A DNA stretch of 64,000 bases. It comes from Phoronis australis (Eukaryota > Animalia > Phoronida). The stretch is taken from NCBI GenBank assembly GCA_002633005.1, contig NMRA01000330.1:310001-374000 (forward strand), in the 5' to 3' direction. The position numbers and the translations under genes are program-made. Under the pieces are notes generated by a model that did not search any database, had not been told where the DNA came from, and saw only the letters and a list, made by a program, of their open reading frames with translations. Positions 36,473 through 48,400 of the stretch are shown one piece after another (position 1 is the stretch's first letter; every line of letters starts with the position of its first letter).

Positions 36473-39400
36473 ATGGGCAACAAACACTCCTGTTGCTTCG
36501 TCCCTAACGCACAGAAACGTAACAAAAAACATTTGAAGTATCGGCCAGATGGAAGCGGAGATGGAGAGGACGTACTGCCAAGACAACCAAGTTCTGCAAA
36601 CCTGCCACACATAAGTGAGCGGGAACCAGATGGTTTGTATTTCTTTTTATTATGCATCTATCCAGCACTTAAGTTGCTGTTTTGTTTATTATTTTGTAAT
36701 AGTACTTGTAAGTGGTACTGATATTAAAAGTTGTGTTCTTGTTGGAATGCAGGAAAATAGCCAGCTTTAATAAATTCATACCCTTTGACTATTAGAGACC
36801 CTAGTTTTCCGTGATAACGGAAAATAGACGTAATTCACGGAATCTTACTTCTTTCATGGATTTAGAAATTTCAAATAGGATTTCCATATTTCAGTCTTGC
36901 AGGTACCATATCTATAATATTTTTGTTTTTTTTTAATTTGTAGAAATTAAGAATTCATCCATCATATTCGACGTATTCTGAATGCAAATTGATCGCCTAT
37001 CGTTTTTCAGCAGACATGTTCATTGTTTGTTTTTTCTGACATTGTCGCTCATTTTTTTCCAATTTTGAGAAACAATTTATCGTGCAGCATAGTATTACTA
37101 AAACAGAGGTGGGGCGTAATTCAACAGAAAAAGTAATGCAATTCCCAGAACATTTTTTGTTCTTTACGACTTTAAAACAGTGAAATGGAATTTCATACTT
37201 TACAAGATAGAAAAAGAATGAAGTTTCATGTTTGTTAGAGCAGATTTCTGGTTTTTTTAAAGCAGAAACCTGGGGTCTCTACCTGTAAGTAAATGTATTG
37301 AGGGATAGCATATTCAGCCATTCAGTGACAAAAATAAACATGTAAGATTGCTCCCAGTAAACCAATGAGGTGGTTTCAGGGTTCTGAAAGAAATGACAAT
37401 TGGTTATTGCTTGAGACCAGGCTCTTGGAGTTGGTTTGTCACCCCGTGTCATTTCGATCATTTATTGTATGCACTGAGCATGGTCATTTATTGTATGCAC
37501 TGAGCATGGTCATTTATTGTATGCACTGAGCACATGTGGTCTTAAGACAATGAGTTGTCTTAATGCAAACACCGTAATCATTTCTCATCTGAATAAGGAA
37601 CAAGTTGAGACCAATTTTATATTGCTGTGACCTAAGTAAAAAGTGTTTTTGGATTAATTGCGGGTTCGAAACCACTTTAAGATTTTTTGTAGCCTAGTTC
37701 ATATCAGGTCTACATACATCATGCTATTTTTGGTATTTTAATAGTGATACTCCTGTAACGCCTTAAAGGCGAAAGCAACCCTTTTTCATGTCACGTTTAG
37801 CAAAAATAAGGTCTGTTGATTATCCCAGACATATTTTTCACTTAATTACAGCTTTTCGTAATTTAATTAATTTCTCGTCATCTACTCCGGAAGTGATGTT
37901 TTAGGAGGCAAGAATTTCGCGCCAATTTCTTTTCATACAGTCAGACTGAGAGCTGTCAAGTCAGTCATTGTTCTACCTCGGATGTGATAAGTTCGGTCGT
38001 CGTTTGCTTTTGTTTACGAGTCAGTCAACATGCCGCACTGTTGCTGTGTACCAGGATGTACTCATTATCGTCTCACGCGCGCTTTGGGTACCTTGCATCG
38101 CTTTCTGAAAGATGACACACTTCGCCGTACTTGGCTAGCTCGTTCGTGTGAAGAATGCAGCGCTACCCGTTCACGCAACGTACAAAGCAGTGGCAAGCAT
38201 TTTCAGCCATCAGATTATGACAAAGATATGCACGCTGAATTGATAAAGGTCCCTGCGAGACAACGCCTGAAGAAGGGTTCCATACCGTCGCTGTTGATTC
38301 CCGGCAGTGCCCCGTCGCCACCCCCGAGAAGTGCGTTTTTGAAGCGAGAAGCCTTGCGAGCTGTGGCCACTATAAACAGTGACTGGAGGCACTTCATCTA
38401 CTGTCACCCATGCCTCCGAACGTACTCCATAGCGTGCAATTTCAGAAACTAGCAGTGATTCCCCGTGTGCTGTTGTCTCTGACCCAGAGCCTGTAAGCAG
38501 CCCTGCAGCGATGTTGAGTAATGGGAGTGAATACAGGCCCAGTTTGGCACCCGGTGAAAAGGACAGTTCGTCATCCAATGAACAGATCGGTGAGCCTAAG
38601 TTTGATAAGTTTATTGTGGACTTGTATTGGAGCTATTTAGAAGGTGCCACGTGTGTGACGAGGGAGTCGCACTGCGGGATGTAAGCAGTTTGGGTGCACA
38701 AGTCACCATCCACTGGGAGTGTGTCGCGGGACACTTGGGCAAGTGAGACATTTCTTCCTCTGTACGTGAGACAATAATGAGTCACTTCTCAGTAGGCAGC
38801 AACAGCATGGCATGTTGACTGACTCGTAAACAAAAGCAAACGACGACCAAACTTATCACAACTGAGATAGAACAATGAGTGACTCGACTGCTTTCAGAGT
38901 TAGACTGTATGAAAAGAAATTGGCGCGAAATTCTTGCCTCCCAAAACGTCACTTCCGGAGTAGACGACGAGTAATTAATTAAATAACGAAAAGCTGTAAA
39001 TAAGTGAAAAATATGTCTGGGATAATCAACGAACCCTATTTTTGCTGAAAATGACATGAAAAAAGGTTGCCTTCGCCTTTAATAGCAGTTCACATCTAGC
39101 ATATAGCAAAAATTGGAACCTTGACAAACAGTGTCGTAAGAAAACTTGATGACTTGTTCACAATCTGCCCGGCAAATGTTGCACTACTAGGATGAAAGCC
39201 ACAATCAGATGGCAACTTTCTAACATTTTTTCTAAAATTTGACCTTGTGCTCAGTATTACTTGACCTAGACCTTGTACGTTTTCTCAAGTCCACAATAGA
39301 TTGCCTCAGAAATGATTTATCTCTTCAGCCAAGTCAAGTTCTTAGTACCTGGCCACACAATGTTCAGTCACAACCTGTAAATCATGTGCCTGACTGTAAT

Positions 39401-42400
39401 GTCTAGCAGTGATGAAATCGTGCAGTTATCTGTACTCTTCCTATACTTTCTTAATTACATCTTGTGCCTGTCTCAGCTTTCCAACTGCTGTATAAACATA
39501 TGTTAGGGAATTTTACCTGTACAGTAATGTTTAGCTTGAGATACTCTGATACTGTGAATGTAAGTTTTGGTGTTACACATTATTTACAACTTTATTAATT
39601 GCATCTATACTTCAATTGTTACCTTTTTTGTTCTTGCCATATTTTATCAAGGAAGATATGTGTCGTTTTTTTTTTAAGTGAATTTTTGTCAAAGTACTTT
39701 ACTGACGTTTAAAAATGTTAATATCTGAAGTTATGGTTTTACACCTTGGTTCCGAGTGTCAGTTGCTAAACATTTTCTCAAGCAAAGTCTGCCCAATAGG
39801 TTTTAAACAATGAACTCCATGGCAAGTTATAGCTGAGTCACTTTAGAATCCAACTAGACCTACTTCTAAGCTAAGTCAACAGAAGAGTGACTACCTGTAA
39901 GGTGCTAACTGTGTACAGTAATTAATGAGGAAATAATTAGTCTTATCTGCTGGCAACTGGGTGAACTCCATGAGGGGCCATTCAGAAATGTTTGGAGCAT
40001 ATGTTGCCAACTGCNNNNNNNNNNNNNNNNNNNNNNNNNNNNNNNNNNNNNNNNNNNNNNNNNNNNNNNNNNNNNNNNNNNNNNNNNNNNNNNNNNNNNN
40101 NNNNNNNNNNNNNNNNNNNNNNNNNNNNNNNNNNNNNNNNNNNNNNNNNNNNNNNNNNNNNNNNNNNNNNNNNNNNNNNNNNNNNNNNNNNNNTGGCACC
40201 CGATGAAAAGTACAGTTCGTCATCCAATGAACAGATCAGTGAGCCTAAGTTTGATAAGTTTTTTGGAGCTATTTAGAAGGTGTCACGTGTGTGACGAGGG
40301 AGTTGCACGGCGGGATGAAAGCAGTTTGGGTGCTCAAGTCACCATCCACTGGGAGTGTGTCGCGGGACACTTGGGCAAGTGAGACATTTCTTCCTCTGTA
40401 CGTGAGACAATAATGAGTCACTTCTCGGTAGGCAGCAACAGCATGGCATGTTGACTGACTCGTAAACAAAAGCAAACGACGACCAAACTTATCACAACCG
40501 AGGTAGAACAATGAGTGACTCGACTGCTCTCAGAGTTAGACTGTATGAAAAGAAATTGGCGCGAAATTCTTGCCTCCCAAAACGTCACTTCCGGAGTAGA
40601 CGACGAGTAATTAATTAAATAACAAAAAGCTGTAAATAAGTGAAAAATATGTCTGGGATAATCAACAAACCCTATTTTTGATGAAAATGACATGAAAAAA
40701 GGTTGCCTTCGCCTTTAATAGCAGTTCACATCTAGCATATAGCAAAAATTGGAACCTTGACAAACAGTGTTGTAAGAAAACTTGATGACTTGTTCACAAT
40801 CTGCCTGGCAAATGTTGCACTACTACGGTGAAAGCCACAATAAGACGGCAACTTTCTAACATTTTTTCTAAAATTTGAGCTTGTGCTCAGTATTACTTGA
40901 CCTAGACCTTGTATGTTTTCTCAAGTCCACAATAGATTGACTCAGAAATGATTTATCTCTTCAGCCAAGTCAAGTTCTTAGTACCTGGCCACATAATGTT
41001 CAGTCACAACCTGTAAATCACGTGCCTGACTGTAATGTCTAGCAGTGATGAAATTATGCAGTTATCTGTACTCTTCCTATACTTTCTTAATTACATCTTG
41101 TGCCTGTCTCAGCTTTCCAACTGCTGTATAAACATATGTTAGGGAATTTTACCTGAACAGTAATGTTAAGCTTGAGATACTCTGATACTGTGAATGTAAG
41201 TTTTGGTATTGCACATTATTTACGACTTTATTAATTGCATCTATACTTCAGTTGTTACCTTTTTTGTTCTTGCCATATTTTATCAAGGAAGATATGTGTT
41301 GTTTTTTTTCACGAAAGTGAATTTTTGTCAAAGTACTTTACTGACGTTTAAAAATGTTAATGTCTGAAGTTTTGGTTTTACACCTTGGTTCCGAGTGTCA
41401 GTTGCTAAACATTTTCTCAAGCAAAGTCTGCCCAATAGGTTTCAAACAATGAACTCCATGGCAAGGTATAGCTGAGTCACTTTAGAATCCAACTAGACCT
41501 ACTTCTAAGCTAAGTCAACAGAAGAGTGACTACCTGTAAGGTGCTAACTGTGTACAGTAATTAATGAGGAAATAATTAGTCTTATCTGCTGGCAACTGGG
41601 TGAACTCCATGAGGGGCCATTCAGAAATGTTTGGAGCATATGTTGCCAACTGCCAACTACTGCAGTTAGTTGGCAGTGGTGTGTCGTGTAGCATCGTGTA
41701 TGGGGTGGAATTTAACAAGTACAGTAAAATCTCACCAATTTTGGACAAAGATAATCGCCAAAAATGCACCTTTTTCATTTTTGACGGGTTTCCAACATGA
41801 TTCTGAATGCCCACAATTTTCCACACTTTGTTGTCTGATGGTAGCGGTGGTATAAAACTTGATCATAGTAAAACATCTACGGTAAAAAATCTTCAATGTC
41901 GGATAAAAGTAATCGTTAAAACTGCCATATTTCTATTTTACAGAGGATCACCACATTGTTGCAAATGCTTGAAAATTTATCAAATGTTGTTGGTAATAGG
42001 TACGCCATAAAAAGCGTAGTTATTTTTGTTGAGAAATTAGACAAATTTCACCTGCCCACCATATTGTGTAACAAGCTGGAGAATTTTTTACTTTTACTGC
42101 AATTTGGTGCTACATATGTTTCATTGATAAAGCAATAAAATAGAATTTCACTTGTTGGCATCTTGTGTGTTGAGATTTTATTCATGTTCTCAGTTGATGA
42201 CTGATACACTTGACATCAGTTGAGAGTTTATAATGAGTGGAAGTTACTTAATGTGTCTTGCTGCATTCATTCCATCTTAAAATTCCTGTTTATTGAGCAT
42301 AATAATTGTCAAAAACTTTGTAAAATCTGTATGTCCTTGAAGTGAAAATCTTTCATAACTTCTTTAATGATTCTCAATTAAATTTACCAAGTAGACTTTT

Positions 42401-45400
42401 AGTTTCTTCCCTAGTTTGGTCATGTAACATCTAGAGGTCACACATGTCGGTCAAACAAATTTTAAAATTTTGATGCTTGCCATTTGCTCCTGTTGCTGTA
42501 GAAGCACCCTACATGACAGACTGACATTCTGTACTGATATATACTTCTTATAGATGGAGTGTGAAAAGGCCTTATTTTTGTTATCATCTCTGCTTTACTC
42601 CTTGCACCATCAATATTTATTGTCCTGAGCAATCTATTTCCAAAATAAAGGTGTTAACAGTCTTGCCTAGTCAAAACAATTCTAGCTTTTGGCTGGCATA
42701 AAATGTGTATATGTCCAGTCAGAGTATCTCATTAGAACTGACAGATTTTGTGGTTTCCACTCCATTCTGGGCAACATGAATTGCATGATGCCTTGTGGAG
42801 TGGCTTCATTCTTTAGCTCTATGTCGGATTTTAGAACTATTTTTGAAATGAGCTTGAAATTCAATTTGGTTGATTCTCTCTCTGTCCTCATTCGTTGAAT
42901 TTTCTGACACATGCTGTGGGTACAGAGTTATGTGGGCATGTGCCAACACTTTGGAGTGCTTTCAGTTTCAGGTCATGTTGGACATCAACGACTCTGTATG
43001 CATTTAGCCAAATATCTTCATAACTATAGATTTTAACTCAGTTAAAGTATAGATTTTCTGAAAGTTAAGAGTCTGTAGAATTTGATTTTTTGTCTTAATT
43101 AGGTCACATGAAAATGTGGTGGTTCTGAGTTAAATTTAACAAACTGAAAAGCAGATTCATAGGAAGATAACGGTGTTAAAGATCCTGGGTAAAATTTGTT
43201 TCATACAGATGTTCAAGATAAAATCTTAAAAACGCTGTGCAGTTTTCTGAATTATTTCGTTTTCATTTGATGCCGATTTTTGAGATTTTTCATGAATATC
43301 ATAAAAGTTCTATTTTTGATCGCCCCTCATGCAAAAGTGGAGTATTTTAAAAATTCCTAACAGCATTTTGAAGACTGTTGCTTGAAGCATGGCACTGATG
43401 AGTCTGAAGAGCCATGTATGAGATATGATATTCCAAAATTAGCTAAATTTGGACATGTTTCTTAGTAACTTAAGGTTAGAAATTCTAACCTTAAGTTACA
43501 TTTCTAACCTTAAGTTGCATGTTAACCTTAAGTTCCATTTCAACCTGAAGTTGCATTTTAACCATAAGTTCCATTTTAACCTTAAGTTGCATTTTAACCT
43601 TAAGTTCCATTTTAACCTTAAGTTCCATTTTAACCTTAAGTTACATTTCTAACCTTAAGTTCCATTTCTAACCTTAAGTTCCATTTTAACCTTAAGTTCC
43701 ATTTTAACCTTAAGTTACATTTTAACCTGAAGTTACATTTCTAACCTTAAGTTTCATTTCTAACCTTAAGTTATCGTAATTCTCCACAATGGTGATCATT
43801 AGCAGTGTCATTTTTGCCATTAACAGGATTCGTTGTCAGGACGGGAAAGGGTTAATTTTGTCCGATTACTTTTGTGTTGTTGCTGTACTTGCCATAAGAT
43901 TATCTTTTTGAAAAATTGTCAACATTATACAACATTGTTGGAAGTCTTTGAAAAGAGGATTATGGGTAAACTATTCTTGCAATTAATTTCTTCTAAATTG
44001 GCAAGATTTTTACAAATAGAACTTTTAAAAAGTTAAGTTGTATTGCTTTGGTGGGTCAAAAATGGCCAACTTCAAAGTGGGGTAAAGTTAGGCAGAAACA
44101 TATTATTAAGCCAACAATAAGAAGTGTTAAGTTGTATTTTTAGACATTTGACACTTGCTATTGTGTGTAAAATGGGATATTGGTAAATAGTAGCCGTAAC
44201 ATTAACAGTGCTTTGTATGCACACAATTTTTTCGTTTCGTATTTTATCTCGATGTGCAGCTCTGTGCCCGACTTGACCACTCCATCGCTTGGACATTTTT
44301 CTCTGGGCTGTTGTTTTCACCTGGCTACTTATGAATTGAGTCCATTCACATCTTGACTGGGCTCTGGGGGTCAGAGGTCGGACGTTGAAGGCCGCAAATC
44401 TTTGAATAAATAAAAATCTGTCTGTGTCACATGGGTCTGTAGTTGCTGTCAACAACTTCATTATGTTGTTTTAATTGCCAGAAGTACTTTGTTTTTCACA
44501 AGAACAAAGAAAGCTTTTGAAAAGATTTATGGTGTTTCTTTTGGCTGGGATCATTTTAGAAAAACATGGGCTTAATAGGTAAACTGGGAAAGTTTGGAAG
44601 ATCTATGTACCGTGTTTGTCGTTTTCGCACGTTGACCCAAGTCACAGTGCATCGATGAAGTATTTTTGCACCATTATGACGTGGTGTACTCCTAAATTTG
44701 TCCTCTTGACATTCAGTTTTTGAGACTTCAAGGTTTGAAACACTTTCCAGAATTCAACCAAAGTTGAAGTGCACTTATTTTTGGGAATTTTTAGATACAA
44801 TATGCTCTATCAATGTGGTGCAACCCATGTTTCAAGGTATGTTCTCACCAGCTAAAATTGGGTTATAAGTTTTGCACCAATAGTACTGCAACATGATTGC
44901 CACCTTTCATAACGAGAGCTCTAACTGTTTTAACCGTTACAGTTAAGTAAGTTGCTAGCTAGTCAGTATTGGTGCTATTTTTGATTTTTTTTTCTGTCTC
45001 TTGACATCTGAGTGATAGTGGTTTGATTGGTGCAATCTTCTGAGTTTTACCTTTAATAACCCGCTACAATGCGTTGGGACCATGGTGTTAACAAACCTCA
45101 CTAAACTTCACAACCGCGCCATAGTTATTACTTTGTAACCATTGTGAACCCAGTCACTCTGCGGGTTGCAGCGTTTAAGACTGTTGACTGCTTTGGTCTG
45201 AACACATTTGTTTTGCTGTATTGATCATCATTTGTCTATGGCACCCAGTCTTATGTACCATGTATTTAATAGTAAGAGCAAGAAAAATCCATCTCGTTTG
45301 ATTGATTTTTTCCTAGAAATTGTTACAAATGTAACTTAACTGCGGTATAAAGCCTGATCTTACTATAATGGCTTAAAAGGGGACGAGGGCAGGGTGGTCT

Positions 45401-48400
45401 AGGGTAACTTGTAACGTTGATATGACTGGTGACACTGGTGATCACTATCAAGACAAAATTTTAAATTTAACAATTTATTGGCTTTTTGTATTCCGCATGG
45501 ATGAGCGGACACTCGCTGATTCAAGTTTTTGGACTATTGCACTCTTGATCAGCTTAACGCCCCACCTGAGTGCTAAAGTTAAGAAGAGCTCTTAAAAATC
45601 AGGGGATGGGAATTAAACTGAATGTGGGAAGTGTTTGCCTGCAACATATTTGTATACAAGTATGGCAATATTAGAATGCGTCTGAGTCAAAAAAGTACAC
45701 TACTAGTAGACACTTTAATTGTGATTGGGCATGGAGCCAAGATGAATGGTTTTAACGTGAAAGTTTGGATATTTAGTTGGCGAGTGTTCCGAGATAGACT
45801 GATTAATGTAAAATAAATAAACAGTGTCATGCAATGTACTTTTGTGTCAGTGTTTGTGGTACTAGTCACTTATAGTGGTTCCGCATGTTGAGAACCAACT
45901 GCTTCTCAAAATTTCGGACTCCTGTAAGTGATTGTTGACATGCTTGGTGCAAATAGTTGCAGAAATTGATGTTTTATTCAACTAAGATGTTCTTGTATAA
46001 TGTTTGCATTGTATAATAATAATACTAATAATGTGCTCCTTGTGTTGCAGACACAGAAGGGGATCCATCACTCCATCCCGCAGCGACCACCATGTTCATT
46101 GTTAAATCAGTGCCTGACCTTCAAAAGAAATTTAGTCAAGGTAAGATATTTATGTTTTGAATGATAAATCTGTCCTTGGGGTCTTGTGGATAAGTTGATG
46201 AGTTCACTGTTGTGAGGTCATAGGTTACATTCCACTCCTAAATTCTTCAAGGCTTTTTGTCAGTGTAACAGTTGCCATGTTGCAATGTTTATTTATACTT
46301 CTCTGTCCATTGAACAGAGCCAACTCATTTTAACTAATTTAGTGTGTGGAATTATGTTGTAAATATCAAACATGTCATGTTTTTGGAAACAAGAACTTTT
46401 GCTAATGTTAACTTGTTTGTATTTTTAAGGAGAAAGTAATCTTTAATGATGCTTCCAAGTACTAAAATTACAGATCATTGGTTCTTGTGGAAACACATTT
46501 TTCGCATTAATTACTGCTCCCGTGGCATATATTTGATATCCATGGCATAATAGAAAGTGACATAGGTGACCCAGCTCAAGGTCTGCATCTTGATTTAGCA
46601 CTTTTCAACCTCTGCTCTCATGTTTTCATGTTTCGCATGATTATCCACTAACCACTCTTTGTGTTGCCAGGGTCCTCCGTGAGCATAAATCCAAACTTTG
46701 AAAAATTTTGTATCACAATCTCCTTTATGCAAATGCACGAGACCGCAGTATAGTTACTCCTTATTTTCATTTGCAGAGCATATCAATGTCATTTTTCAAA
46801 AAAAAATAATAATAGAAGACAAGTTCCACCATGCAATACTATTTCAATCATTTGTCTTGTAAAGGAGACAAAATCGGGCTTTTCAAACATGACCCAAGAT
46901 TTTAGACATGGCTCAGAGCTTTTCAAACAGGGCTCAAGTTCCAAACATGGATTAGAAATGTTTATACATAGCGCAGCCCTGTGTTTGAGTGCATGTTGGG
47001 AAAACCCTGATTCCATTCTTCCCGAATGTTTTTTTCCATGCCAACGTACATGTTGTATCCAGCAAAAAGAAATGTTGAGAAGACTCCTTTTTAGATGCAT
47101 GGCTTGTCCTGTTGTCATGCTATTATTTTATTCTTTACAGATGCAAACAGTCGTCGAAGGAGCCAATACCAGAGTCAAAGCGTAAGTAGTGTGCAGAAGC
47201 AGGTAAACCACTCTAAAATCTTGTGAGATATATTATGTTAAAAAACTCGACTAGTTTTCAAGCTTTAACCGGTGCAGCTCTTCATAAGGTATTGTTTTAT
47301 CTGATTTTAACATATTTTACCCGTTTCTACAAAATTTATCTAATTATTTCCGTCTCGGTATTTACTGTGTGTATTGTAATAATTGTGACCAGTCATAAGT
47401 CATAGCTGCTTTTTCACTTTGTCTGATATCAACTGTGCTTGGACTGTTTTTCCACAATGCTTGTTATGTTTTAGTTACGTCCTTGTGTTTGTATTCAGTT
47501 TTACAGTAGAACATTCTAAGTTTTGGACACTCGAAATAAAATACACACCAAAGATAGTATTACCAAATTCATAATTTGAAACATATTTAAAATGATTGCA
47601 AAAAAGAAAAATTGATGTAAATTTTTGTCCAAATTTATGGAAATGCTATCATAGGATAATATGGAATGGTGCTGTCACTAATGATAGTGCTGAAAGATTT
47701 TCCCACTTTCAATATCTGAAACTGAAGAGACCATGTTGAGAAATTTTGTGGTCTCTACTGTTTCCATTAAATTTTAGGAATTTGTGTTAATCATTTAAGT
47801 AAAGCTCTGGAAATTTGACTGAATATCGAATTAAACCACACACTTTTATGGCTGTATCAACTCTGAGCCTAAAGCGCACGGTTCTGTGCCTAATATGACT
47901 TTTCAATTTTCTTAGCCTCCGCCTTAGGCAAATTAAGAGAGACTTAATCGGGATTAGTGAACATGATATGTCTTCAGATGTCGTGCACAAAAATAATGGA
48001 CAAGCTGTCATGAAGTCTGTCGTTACAGGCTGACTAAGTTGCTACTAGTAATTATAATTATAATTATAATTATAATTATAATTATAATGTGAGAGCTGAC
48101 TATGTTATTCACTGTAACTGTGATAACACCCATGTATACTTTTGTAAATTTAATATTTACTTTTGTTAATAAATTGAACAAGTTCAATTCCAATTTTCTT
48201 TCTGAGTATGTGCTAATTATTTTAAATATTAAACGAAATTCGACGTCCTACCAAATATCTTAACAACAAGATCTAACTTGGAAAAACCTATGATGAAATT
48301 ATAATTTTGTATGTAGCAAGGTTGCTCTTGAGTTTAGTCAAACAAATCAAATACATGCAGGTACAAAGTTGGTGATAGGCTTATGTAATATGTGCCTCGT

